Assembly (NCBI RefSeq): GCF_963676685.1
Contig: NC_092356.1
Coordinates: 30,194,001 to 30,258,000 of the forward strand
Reading direction: 5' to 3'
DNA length: 64,000 nucleotides
Source of the DNA: Mytilus edulis
Lineage: Eukaryota
The position numbers and the translations under genes are program-made. The notes under the pieces are model-generated. The model was not told the origin of the DNA and ran no database searches. It saw only the letters and a list, made by a program, of their open reading frames with translations. Shown in pieces: positions 12,401-25,120 of this stretch. How positions within the stretch are numbered: position 1 is the stretch's first letter; every line of letters starts with the position of its first letter.

Positions 12401-13877
12401 ACTAAATTATAATCCTGGTACCTTTGAAAACTATTATGTTACTCAAGGTGAAAATATTCTTTGCAATTTCAATACGGATAATTCCGAGCTATCCCCTTAC
12501 CATGAAGAAACAGATATACGGATGATTATCCATGATAAGCATGCTGCTGAAAATGATTGTTAAAAGTAGTACTAACACAGATGTAGTAGCATTATAAATT
12601 GCAGCACTTGCAAGATAAGTTGTGGACAAATTGTGAATAGGTTTTTAAAAGAATATAGGCTTTCTATGGCTTCCTCTACATGTCATAGCAAATCGTTTGG
12701 TCCTCGTGTAGCCGCTCTTCTGTTCTGCCATGCATTTAATGGTTGTGACACTGTGTTGGCATTTCATGGTAAAGTGAAGAGGTCAAATTTGCACACATAG
12801 AAGTATTCCCTGATGTAACGGACTTTTTTTTTACCCCGCTTTTGTATCAATACACAGACACAGACATCGACAACATAGAAGCATTCGTTTGCATCATGTA
12901 TTGCAACATCAACTTTTGCTGTTGAGGCAGGATTTGAATCGTTTGCAAGGAAGCAGCGGCTATATGATGCTGTTCTGCCTACCAGAGGTTCTCATCCGGA
13001 TCACATCTAAAGAGAAGCGTATCAAGTGACCATGTTTGGGCTCATCCGGATTTATTCATTCGACAGGTTCTTGACCACGTCATGAACACTAGAGTTGGAA
13101 GAAAGAAAATAAAACAACGACAGTTGGAAACCTAAATGGATTTCTTTGGCTGCCGTTGCATCCTCGTGTCAGGATTTTTTTTAAATGCAAATGCAAGAAA
13201 CCAAGCTGTGTGGGTAACTGTAAATGCTAAATGCTACCGTTCTGGTCTTTCTTGTTAATGTGTGTGTATTGGTCACTGTCAGATAGTTATCAGATAGTCA
13301 ATCTGTATTTATGCATTTGAACCGGACAAAGACCGTGATATCTCTTGTGAAAGTGATAGAAATGAAAAAAAATGACAATTTCCACGTTGTTTCCGCCATT
13401 TTGGAACCGGAAGTAACTTTTTTCTTCATGTATGTATTGTTTTATCGCACTTTACAAATTTGAATTGAAGTATTATCAAAACTTACATTGGATTATACAC
13501 TTAAAACAGCTTTAAAAGGATTTACAAAATGTAGCCAATTGGATATGACTCCATTTCCAAATGGGCGGTGGCCATTTTGAAAAAAGGAAAAAATTTGATG
13601 GCCAGCAGCGGATTTTTTTTATTTATCATTTAGTCAACCTATATACCAAATTTCATGCTTGTATCACGATTTGCACAATTATGTCCATAATATCTCCCAC
13701 TATTATCGGGAGCCAGCAGCCTAAACTGTATAATTTGTCATACAAAATACAATGAAATACAAAGAATGTAAGTCAGCCCACAGCACAAAATATACTTTTA
13801 GCACAAATGTCATCATTACAACGGATATTTTACAGTATATTCAAGAATATAGTAGTTGTCTTAATATGAAGTAAATT

Positions 13878-14330
13878 AACCAAATAACTGAACTCCAAGG
13901 TAAATTCAAAACGGATAGTCCCGTAACAATTGGAAAAATCAAAAGCTCACACATCAAAAGACTGGATAACAATTGTCATAAACATGGCTTGGTACTTGTA
14001 TTTCCATATGTAGAAAATGGAGGGATTAAACCTGGTTTTAAAGATAGCTAAACCTCTGACTTGTATGAACAAAATAAACATTATAGGCAAAATGTCAAAA
14101 ATAGGGGTACAGCAGTCAACATTGTGTTATAATCTTAATCACTATAAAAACAAACAAATATTTCAGCAAAAAAAAAAAACACAATGGCATATCATGAAAA
14201 AATCACAAACGCAAAATTTAAAAACAAGAACACAAAACATGACCATAGCACAAAAACACAATGGCGAGATATATCACTACCAAGCAACGACAAGACGATA
14301 TTACAAAAAATGGACCATAAATATAAAATA
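13878..14330 (+). repeat. Interspersed repeat family C (AAATAACTGAACTCCAAGG...)
   Basis: Related pieces at ~9345-9600 and inverted at ~15290-15360 and ~57350-57420. Confidence 0.55.
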
Positions 14331-14369
14331 TTTTATGACCACGAAATGTAACAAACAAAAATGTCTGAA

Positions 14370-14935
14370 TATTCAGATTTAAAAACTTGGTAACTTGACA
14401 ATGAAGAAACAAACAACAAAAAGGTCTGAGTTTTGAGATTTAAACACTTGATAACTTGACAACGAAATATAACATACAAAACGATCTGTGTTTTTTTGTT
14501 TGTTTTAAACACTTGTTATTCTCTTCTATTCCATAAATTCCATACATTTTTGGCGTTAAAACCCTTCTACTTGATTATTTGATCATGATTAGGTATTCAT
14601 TCGAGTGTCATTGATGAATCTTTTTGTAGAAATATAACAAACAAAGGGTCTAAGTTTTCAAATCAAAACATAGATAACTTTACAACGAAATATAGCAAAC
14701 AACATGATCTGAGCTTTAAGATTTAAACACTTGATAACTTGACAACGAAATATAGCATGCAAAAAGGTTTCTGTTTTCAGATTTAAACACTTGTTTCCTG
14801 ACTTTTCGGTGTTGATACTCTTCAACTTGATTATTTGATTAGGGCTTCCAACTGTTGCATTCGAGAGTCATCGATGGGTCTTGTGAAGAGGAATTGCGCG
14901 TCTGGACTATCAAATTGTAATCATGGTATCTTTGG
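14370..14935 (+). repeat. Degenerate ~60-bp tandem repeats with two decayed retrozyme ends
   Basis: GATTTAAACACTTGATAACTTGACAACGAAATA repeated about 6 times; decayed hammerhead-like ends at ~14600 and ~14860-14935. Confidence 0.55.
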
Positions 14936-15534
14936 TAAATCTTCAACGTTTCCTAGATATATAAGTGGTTTTTTTTTCTATAGTGTGAACCATTAACGAA
15001 GTCATAATGGATGGTTTAATTGATAATTATACTTTGGTACCTCTTGTTTATCAGGAATGCTAATCTTTATAAAAAAAAGTAAGAAACTTATAAAAGAATG
15101 ATGAAAGAAAAGTTTAATTTTATTAATTGAAAAGAATTTCATTGAGCAAGTAAATATTTTCGTCTTTGATTTTTCTTTATTAGGTGTTTTTTCGCTTTGA
15201 GCTATTTTTCTGTATCTTCATTTACTCTCATAACAGAACTTTTTGTCTGTAATTCTTCTGTAAGTTGTTTTGTATTTTTGAATTTTGATTTTGTCATTTG
15301 CCTAGGGACTTTTCGTTTAGAATTTTTCTCGAAGTTCGGTATTTTTGGTTTTTTTACATTTGAATAGCAAAATAAATTCATTTATCTTTTCAGTCATTTA
15401 AGACGCATGTTATTCCATGTGCTTCGTTCCACTGATAATTTTTTTGTTAAGCAAGGGAAATTGATATTTCGCTACTGAGGTGGGAAACACTTATAATTTC
15501 AGTGTGATTCTCATAAAACATTAGTAGGTTCTGG

Positions 15535-17225
15535 TATCTTGTTGATCATAGTATGTAAAGTGGATATAAGAGAGATAACTCATTTTCTTAAATAGACTTT
15601 ATGCATCGATGATCACTTTACTCCAAATTATACAAATGTATGCGATAATACCCTTGTCCTAGACTTTTTGTCGTATATTCGAAATCTCCTAGTTTTATAC
15701 AAGAAGTATCAATAAAAATTTTGCCAAGCGACCCTTTCTTATCTTTTCATTACTAAGTTTATAGTAAAAAAGCCATTTTTTTAATCTTTTAAATCCTCGT
15801 GATTTTCCAAAGATTTTGAAAGAAAAAAAGGCCGATTTGCTGTATGGTAAAAAATAAACTACAAAAAGTGAGTACTATCATTCTAATGAATGTTTTGTGT
15901 GTATAATTTCATTTAACGATTAACGCGAAGTGAAAATAAATATTTTTAACGTCGAGCCGGATGTATCATAATCGTCGCTATCTTGTTTGCATTGTTTACA
16001 AAAAGAAGTTCGGTCAACGTCGTCTATCGACAAATAAACAACGTCAAGAACAACTACCGGAAAACTTCTCGGCCAATCATATCATCGTATTCCCTAATAT
16101 GCAAATCATATAAGAATTATTTATATTTAAAATGTATATATACCCTTAAACGCTTTGTCAAAGGTTCTTTAACGAGCAGATAGTATGACTCTTTCCTGGA
16201 ACACTATTATAATAAAAATATTAAACTTATAAATACTCTAAATGAAAACATATATCTTCCTTTTATAAATGTTTGATGAATTGATTGGTGTTTAACGCCA
16301 CTGTCAGCACTTTTGGGATATTTCGTTGAGGTCGGTTCTTATTGGTAAAGGAAACCAGAGAAAACCACCGACCTTGTGTCAAAAATCTAATAATCCAAGT
16401 CAATAAAGATCGGAGTCGCACCTGCCATGTATACGTACGGGATTTAAACTCATAACATCAGTGCTGACAGGACACAGTTATAGTTGGACTACGTATTTAT
16501 ATTTTATATAAAGAAATATATCTTCCTTTATTGACAGAGATTGCTTATATCTATAGAAGACTGAAATATATGTCGATGAATGATTAAAATAACACGATCT
16601 ACTATAAATAGTTCTATGCCCTCTCCCTGCATGCTCAACCATTCCTGTTGTAATTACTGATAGATTCTTTAATAATAGGGATAATTTTATAGAAAATCTA
16701 TTTACTTGTTGTTTTAGTTTCTTTTTGTAAATATTATAAATAGATGGATTTAAATATTATCACTTATGCTTTCATGTGGCGAACACAGGGTCAGATCTTA
16801 AGAATACAAGTAAAAAAAAATTCACAAAAAGGATAATTTTTAGTGCATGAACAAAACAACATATAGATTACAAACAACATACTTAAGATCTCAAAATAAC
16901 ATGAATCTTGTTGATCATAGTATCAAAGGTGTATATAAGAGAGGTAATACATTTTTTGAAATAGACTTGAAGCATCGATGATCAATATACTTCTAAAATA
17001 AAGTTACACAAATATATTTGACGTTACTATTGTCTTTGACTTTTTTTAAGAGATTCGTAATCCCCTTGTTTATCTATGAAATGCCAATCTACATTTTGTC
17101 TGCCAACCCCTTCTTTTTTCTTTTCTCAGATCTTTTAAATATATGCATGTAAAGTAACGAAGGTTTTTTTTAAAAATTTTATACCATCCTTGTGACTTTT
17201 CTAAGATTTTGAAAGAAAAAAGATG
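15535..17225 (+). repeat. Diverged ~300-bp direct repeat pair (15535-15830 and 16905-17225)
   Basis: Both begin ATCTTGTTGATCATAGTAT and end AAGATTTTGAAAGAAAAAAG. Confidence 0.6.
16270..16490 (-). mobile_element. Degenerate tRNA-derived SINE (Meta/MESC-like)
   Basis: Plus strand reads TTGATTGGTGTTTAACGCCAC...GGAAACCAGAGAAAACCACCGACC...GGGATTTAAACTC (reverse of a B-box-like motif). Family assignment is from memory. Confidence 0.5.
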
Positions 17226-17569
17226 AAAATATTAAAATTATGAAAAATCTAGCGAAAAAGCATTTCCCACTAAATTTCCATACAATTTGTTTTTTGACAA
17301 GTAAGGTGGTGTGGTGTCTTCTTCCATTTTTGGATTTTAAAGAAATAAATGACAATAGGTCTAGATCTGCAATGAAATGTGCGAATTTTTAGCGTAGTTT
17401 GTAATTCATGTGTTGAATTTTTCATGTTATTATAGAAAATTATTTGTTTTATCATATTTTATAAGGCTATATGTGAAACTAATATTATTACTTAACAGTT
17501 AACAAACCTATAAATTGTAGTATACGCTATAAATTGATGATTTGGGATACAACACGGCATGTTTGTTAA

Positions 17570-18010
17570 TAGTGAACAAAAAGGTAAAATATGCTTTACA
17601 GAGGAATACGTGATCAGTATGCGGGTGTTTCTTATTGACAACATATAATTTTGAATTTTGGAGGTAGACTTTTTCAACAAATTGTCGGCATTCCTATGGG
17701 TAAGATATGTGCACCTCTCCTTTCTGACCCTACCTATTTTAATATGAGTCGGAGTTCCTTCAGACACTTGTCAATAACAAGAAGATCAAAGAAGCCGTGT
17801 CAATTAATTTCACATTCAAACACGGATTTATCTGCCTCATTTTAGACTTATAGCTCGAATATGACACAAGCGGTCATCTCAGTACCAGAATCTATTACAA
17901 ACGAGATGATTTTGATATTAACAATTTCACCAACCTTAGTAGTAATATACCAACTTCACCTGCATATTGGATGTAAATTTCCAATCTCAATAGGTATCCA
18001 AGAGCTCGCA
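17570..18010 (+). mobile_element. Penelope-like reverse transcriptase fragment
   Basis: FLIDNI..FGGRLFQQIVGIPMGKICAPLLSD; KRDDF..NF..LSSNIPTSPAY. Confidence 0.8.
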
Positions 18011-21000
18011 AGGTTGACCTAATCTGAATATTGTTGGCCCTATAGTCAATTATGTATGACAAAGCGTTCATTATGAACGTAACTCAGAAAACCGTTTGGG
18101 GCGGACGAAGTTTAAAAACCGGATAGGTTGGGGGACATATGGACTGCCAACGAACATAAAGTATATTACATAGACCTGTGTTGCAAGGTTTGTCAATGTT
18201 AAAAGAGTATGACACTCTCTATGTACAAGCCATATGCTTGAAGTCGCCATTCTGGTACTTATACATTCCACACGGCCAAATTATCAAGGATTTTACTACC
18301 GATCGGTTGAAGACTAATTATAAAATTATCATATTTCGATTCCAAAGTCACTATCAGTAAACAATACTTGTAGAAAAAATGTGTTTAATCCAAATTTATT
18401 TTCATCTACTATTCCACCAGGAGTGCTTTATTATTACACAATTACTTTGCTGTTATATGTATCAGTAATAAAACAGTTTATATATTTACTTACCCGGAAA
18501 ATGAATTATGAGGAAATTCATGAAAAAAGGCAAAACAGAAAAAAAGATCAATTTATCCAACGAGCTCAAGACCAAATTGGAGTATATCCATCGATTTTTT
18601 TTTACTTAATTTTTGTTATCTCACCGTAAATCTAAAAAGTATATGTCCATCTTTTTAATTAAAATCATTCCAGGAAAAGTATTGTAATTTTCCTGCAGGA
18701 AGTTTTTCATAATTCGTTTTCTTCATTAAGACCTGTAGTGTCAAATAATAGACGTTGTATATTGAATAGAATTAACGACTGTACATGTATCTTCATTGAA
18801 GTAAAGGTAAGGTTTATCTCATAATAACAAAACAAAAAATATATCAGAAATCAAAAAAATTATTATACATATTCATGTTCAACTCAACATGATGTTTCAT
18901 CAGATACATATAAGGAAATTAAATTAGCGAAACATGGGTAAAATAGTGTAACTCAACGTGCATTTCACAATTTACAAATCACTATTAAGATAATGTTAGG
19001 GCATATTTAGTGATACATCCTTTTTACGGAGAAAAAAGGGGTGTAATTGTTTATATTTAAGGGACTGTAAAAAGAGGTCTTCAGTTAACGTGTATAAAAA
19101 TTCGGTACTAAAGGCAAATAGATCAGGGTTTGATTACGTAAAGTTAGTTAAATTCCACCATATTTTGCTATTGGCCCTAGTCCGGATATTGGAATTATAT
19201 GTGTTTGCAAAGGAACCGTACCCAGGTTGTAATGGTGGTCAGTTGTCCTTTCAAGTAATTTTTGATAATTCTTATTGGTCTTTTAAATTAGCATGAACTA
19301 TAACATTCGCTAGTTGTTGTATTTTTAGCTATAGATAATTTGTATAAATCGCCCATTTAAAAAAGGAGATGAGATATGATTGCCAACTATCCATAAAAAT
19401 TCAAATAAAGTGGCTGTTCAGTCCATTTCCTTTAGTATGAAGTTTACAATGCATTTTTAATGTGTGTCTGTTTTTCTCAAGAGGACCAATGTGTGGATAG
19501 TAAGTATCGTCCACTGTTCAATTTAGAATTCTATCATATATCAATCTTATTGCTCCCCTTGTCCGTGGATATTTAATTTTGATGTTGTTGACAAAACCTG
19601 CATACAAGCCTACATAAATTTTCTTCCTTCAGAAGCACCACGCTAATTATGTGGTAGATTAGATTGATGTTTCACAGTACTCATCAGTGGCGTGAGTATC
19701 AAAAAGTTTTAAGACCACATATGAAGTACGAATATAAAGATCTAAATAAAACTTGTACCTTATCAGCACAACCCTGACAAAAAAAGATTTTGTGTTAAAC
19801 ATGTTTTATATTATATCTCAATTACGTATTCCAATTGCAATCACTTCGATGCTGTAATAAGATAGGGTATGACTACCAATTATGAATCTGTGCAGATTAT
19901 TTTTAGATACAGAAAAAAAGAATAACTCCTTATTTGATGTGATACATTTACATCGGTAATGGTTGTTTACAGATTATAATAGAGTTTGATTTCTAACTAA
20001 CATCACTAAGATTGCGTTTCGTTTTCCTTTTTAGTACAGTTATTCAAGTGCTTCACACTTATGATGGGTAATGTTCGATCGTTTTGCTTTAATACCCACG
20101 AACTGGTTTTTTTTTTCTCCAAGTTTACGATCCATGTATTGGGACGTATTTCTGTTGTTTTTTTTCAATTTCAAATAGAAAAATTACTGAATTCTACGTA
20201 TGTATCTATCATGCTAAATTAATTATATAAATATGGCCAATATTTCTGCTGACGTGAATGTTTCAGATATTATACAAATTAACTGGCATCATTGTAATTA
20301 TGAAATTAAGTAAATGTTCTGTTTATAAGAACTATACAAAACTGTTACTAATAAATTGTTAAATAGTTTGAGTATACCTCAAATGATGAGTGAATGCATA
20401 ATCCTACACAAATGTTACACATTCACAATTATCTATTAAGGAAAGAATTAAAAACTTAAATTAAGATGGCAACTAGTGTACTATCCTCTATCGACTTGTG
20501 TGTGGCGAGTGCAAGCACGCATTTTAAATTCTGCAATATATTGACACGTTAATTCTTTATATAATTAATAAAAAAAAAACTCGGAGACGTACTTGACGCC
20601 TGAACACGAACAGTCTTTAAGGACATACACCACTAATTCATGGCCCCATTGCTTTCTATGTTAAATTTCTCCATTTCAAACAGCCACACCTCATTTGTTT
20701 TAAGTTCAAATAAAGTGACAATCATTGCATGTCAAAGCAACACTTTATGGTGGCTTGTACTGAAAAAATCAACATACCTTAAATGGCATATAAGAAAGAA
20801 CTGGTTCCCGGAACTTCGGATGTACCAAAACAGGTACTTCAGATCTGACAAACAGACAAAATGTACCCTCTTTTTAAACTTTGGTGCAGTTTTTTAATTA
20901 TTCAAAATATATAAGTCAAAAAGTGTTCAACAATGATCACCAATCCTTCATCTTAAAAAAAAATAATTTGAAAGTTACAATCATGAGTAGGAACTATTTT

Positions 21001-21078
21001 GTGTTAAATATGTACTACTTTCTGGTATGTGCTTTCTAGCCGGGCCAAAACTAGTGGTGTTACACCTTAAATTTGACC

Positions 21079-21101
21079 CCGGAAGCATACATATGACGTC
21101 A
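21079..21101. promoter_or_regulatory. ETS (CCGGAAG) plus full CRE (TGACGTCA) motif pair; candidate promoter element of the cGLR gene
   Basis: Motifs are seen directly and retained at 51805-51827; function is inferred only. Confidence 0.3.
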
Positions 21102-21787
21102 CATTGTTTAGTTGACATAGACAATACCATCAGTCAGGATTTTTCGTTTTTATGAAATTTTATAAAGAATTCAGGACTGAAATGGGCTTATGTTTTAGTT
21201 TTGCATTAGCGTAGATATAACTGTATTATATTTTGCAGCTTGGCCGACAAAAAAATAAGTTTTACCGTCGTAAATATCCGTTTACTAGGTTTGCTACACG
21301 TTTAAATTTGAGACAGTCTTCAAATACATCAACATTATCTCTTGATTAATGAAAACTGAACTTGTTGAGGTATACTTTGTGTTTCTTATTCAACCCAATA
21401 GCGAGATGGTTTCAATATCTTCAAACAAACGAATATTGGTAGATCTGAAATGTATCAATATTATCCTATTCACGATCGTTTACCTTTGACTAAGTTTAGA
21501 ATAGCATTGGTGATGTATGCATAGAACATTTGTATAAAGAAATATTTTATGATTTTGTGATACAAATCACACCATTTGTTTCCTCTTTTGAAACGATTTA
21601 GATTTTGCAACACTAATGGCCTTTAAAGCCTACTGTAGCAAGTATAGGAAATAGTTTTTTGTTTGCTGAAGACCGTACCGTAACAAATAATACTGCTTCA
21701 AATTGTTGTTCTCTCTTCTATGAAAAGTCGTCACGTTGAAAGTCATACCACGTATCCGTATTGTTTTATATGTTCTATGATGATTGT

Positions 21788-22064
21788 ATTTACAACCACT
21801 GAGCAGATGCCACAGCTGGTGGAGTTTTTATTCAAAGAGGGTATCACCAGCCCAGTAGTCAGTATTTCTGTGTTGACATGAACCATCATAGATATGGTCA
21901 TAACTTTGAATTTTTGAAAAACTAAGACTTTTCTACCTCAGGAATAGATTGCCTAAGCTGTATTTGGCTTTATGGTCCTCAATGCTCTTCAACGTCGTAC
22001 TTTACTTTGCCTTTTTTACATTTTTTTGTTTCATTTGAGCGTCACTGATGAGTCTTGTGTAGAC
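21788..22064 (+). mobile_element. Retrozyme-like repeat, hammerhead truncated after stem II
   Basis: GCGTCACTGATGAGTCTTGTGTAGAC followed by a deletion relative to the paralog at 52353-52695. Confidence 0.7.
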
Positions 22065-22546
22065 TTATTGCATAGCATGTCTGACATCCAACAATGCTAT
22101 TTCCAAATATTTTCATAGAATCAGAACTTATAGTATTACCATTTTAAAATGTATGTACATAAGGAAATGTCACTCATACCAATTTCACGTGAATTTTCTA
22201 ATTTGATTGAAATCATAAAAATACCATTTTTGTTTGTAAATTTTACGTGAACTTCATGTGTATCTTAATACACGGGAAATTCAGATGAAAATCTGTACGT
22301 GAGTTTCATGAATAAACTCGTGTGAGATGAACCTACGTACATGTGTAATACAATTTAAGACTAGAATAATATTTCAAATAATGATTCAATATCATTGTGT
22401 TTCAATGTCCTTGTAATTATATTTATACAAGTGTTTAACAATTTTTAAGTGACTACCCATCTTTGTTTAAATACAACCACAATCGGAAAATCTCAGTACA
22501 AGTATTGAAAAGGTTTGCATTAGGCAGTTTTCTCTATTTGTTTCAG

Positions 22547-22627
22547 CTTATGTAAACGTCTCCTTTAAATCAGGCAAGAACTATTGTGGAACAACCCGTG
22601 TTTTTTCATCAGGTCAAATGAAAAAAG
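22547..22627 (+). other. Candidate upstream exon of the cGLR gene
   Basis: TTTGTTTCAG acceptor and AAG|GTAAGA donor; ATG AAA AAA G splices in frame to GC AAC ATG at 25121, giving MKKGNMDRNS. Confidence 0.5.
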
Positions 22628-22724
22628 GTAAGACTTACTTGTATATTTTTGGTAAACCTATCCTGGCGTACACCCAGTCTCGATCATTCAAATGATAACC
22701 TCATTGTTCTTTTTATATCTTATA

Positions 22725-24603
22725 ACTGATGTAGTATTGTCATGTAGCATTGCTTGTTGATCTTCTTGCTGATGTGATATCGTGATGTAGCATTGCTTGT
22801 TTGTCTTATTTCTGATGTAGTATCGTCATGTTGCATTGTTTGTTTATGATTCTGCTGATGTAGTATCGTCATATTACAGTGTTTGTTGATCCTATTGCTG
22901 ATGTAATATCGTGAGATAGCATTGCTTGTTGATCTTATTGCTGATGTAATATCGTGAGATAGCATTGCTTGTTGATCTTATTGCTGATGTAATATCGTGA
23001 TGTAACATTGCTTGTTGATCTTATTGCTGATGTAATATCGTGATGTAACATTGCTTGTTGATCTTATTACTGATGTAATATCGTGAGATAGCATTGCTTG
23101 TTGATCTTATTGCTGATGTAATATCGTGAGATAGCATTGCTTGTTGATCTTATTGCTGATGTAATATCGTGACGTAACATTGCTTGTTGATCTTATTACT
23201 GATGTAATATCGTGAGATAGCATTGCTTGTTGATCTTATTGCTGATGTAATATCGTGAGATAGCATTGCTTGTTGATCTTATTGCTGATGTAATATCGTG
23301 ACGTAACATTGCTTGTTGATCTTATTACTGATGTAATATCGTGAGATAGCATTGCTTGTTGATCTTATTGCTGATGTAATATCGTGACGTAACATTGCTT
23401 GTTGATCTTATTACTGATGTAATATCGTGAGATAGCATTGCTTGTTGATCTTATTGCTGATGTAATATCGTGAGATAGCATTGCTTGTTGATCTTATTGC
23501 TGATGTAATATCGTGAGATAGCATTGCTTGTTGATCTTATTGCTGATGTAATATCGTAATGTAGCATTGTTTGTTGATCTTATTGCTGATGTAATATCGT
23601 CATGTAACATTGTTTGTTGATCTTATTACTGATGTAATATCGTGATGTAACATTGCTTGTTGATCTTATTGCTGATGTAATATCGTGATGTAACATTGCT
23701 TGTTGATCTTATTGCTGATGTAATATCGTGATGTAACATTGCTTGTTGATCTTATTGCTGATGTAATATCGTGACGTAACATTGCTTGTTGACCTTATTG
23801 CTGATGTAATATCGTAATGTAGTATTGCTTGTTGATCTTATTGCTGATGTAATATCGTGATGTAACATTGCTTGTTGATCTTATTAATGATGTAATATCG
23901 TGATGTAACATTGCTTGTTGATCTTATTGCTGATGTAATATCGTGATGTAGCATTGCTTGTTGATCTTATTACTGATGTAATATCGTCATGTAACATTGT
24001 ATGTTGATCTTATTGCTGATGTAGTATCGTGATGTAACATTGCTTGTTGATCTTATTGCTGATGTAATATCGTCATGTTAAATGGTTTGTTGATCTTATT
24101 GCTGATGTACATTTTGTAGTATCGTCATGTAACATTGTTTGTTGATCTTATTGCTGATGTAGTATCGTCATGTTACATTGTTTGTTTATCTTATTGCTGA
24201 TGTAATATCGTCATGTTAAATAGTTTGTTGATCTTATTGCTGATGTACATTTTGTAGTATCGTCATGTTACATTGTTTGTTGATCTTATTGCTCGTGTAG
24301 TATCGTCATGTTACATTGTATGTTGATCTTATTGCTGATATAGTATCGTCATGTTACATTGTATGTTGATCTTATTGATGATGTAGTATCGTCATGTTAC
24401 ATTGTATGTTGATCTTATTGCTGATGTAGTATCGTTTTGTTACATTGTATGTTGATTTTATTGCTGATGTAGTATCGTCATGTTACATTGTATGTTGATC
24501 TTATTGCTGATGTAGTATCGTCATGTTACATTGTATGTTGATCTTATTGCTGATATAGTATCGTCATGTTACATTGTATGTTGATCTTATTGCTGATGTA
24601 ATA
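22725..24603. repeat. 43-bp tandem array (~44 units)
   Basis: Unit TGCTGATGTAATATCGTGATGTAACATTGCTTGTTGATCTTAT. Confidence 0.95.
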
Positions 24604-25060
24604 TCTTTTCTCTTAGTAACTTGAGTAGTTTCTGCGTCAAGAGAGCACTCCTGTATATATAGTCCGTATAGCATGAACATGCACAAGCATAACGTATTAA
24701 CTGAGATATGTTACGTATAGCATGAACATGCACGAGCATAACGTATAAACTGAGATTGTAAATGTAATATCATTCGGCAGATGATATGTTACTGGTGAGA
24801 AATGAAAAATTGATAATTGGGGAGTTGAAATCATCCCGTTCGTCAACGATTTTAGTGTGAAGTCGTCTTTTCGTGTCAATGTTGTGCAAAGTATCAAGGT
24901 ATAAAGCAGTCTTTGTTGTATTAGTAGTAATCTTAGTTTCAAGGTCACTGGAATATATGAGATGTAAGTACTGACTGAAAAATTGGCTATTCAGTGATAG
25001 GACATCATCAATATATATGAAAGTAAAATTAAAGAATTTTAAAAGTCTTATAACTTTGAA
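24604..25060 (-). mobile_element. Penelope-like RT fragment
   Basis: Minus strand FTFIYIDDVLSLNS...RDDFNSPIINFSFLTSNI. Confidence 0.75.
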
Positions 25061-25120
25061 TCAATTACTTACAAATGTCCTATCGTCTATTGTATTTATG
25101 TAATCGTATCTTTCTAACAG

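Larger units (their letters stand above)
10240..13290 (+). pseudogene. Academ transposase-XPG-Cys-rich polyprotein remnant
   Basis: YGEDKFIVMFGGLYI..DSGW (10401-10620); HEETDIRMIIH (~12500); HAFNGCDTVLAFHGK (XPG/H3TH-like, ~12730); CKCKKPSCVGNCKC (~13185). Numerous stops and frameshifts. Confidence 0.75.
9615..13702 (+). mobile_element. Decayed Academ-type DNA transposon
   Basis: TIRs TAGTGGAAGATATTA / TAATATCTCCCACTA, subterminal ATTGTGCAAAT..TGATACAAGCATG match, 3-bp TSD TTA; internal transposase remnants. Confidence 0.8.
19820..24860 (+). repeat. Segmental duplication, copy 1 (paralogous to 50190-57285 plus 63690-64000)
   Basis: Long collinear near-identity, e.g. 20461 vs 50865 (offset ~30.4 kb), including the 43-bp array and the adjacent Penelope fragment. 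Confidence 0.9.

Noticed and set aside
20017-20026. ISRE-like GAAAACGAAA upstream of the cGLR gene
   Set aside because: Single short match in AT-rich DNA and not retained in the duplicated copy.
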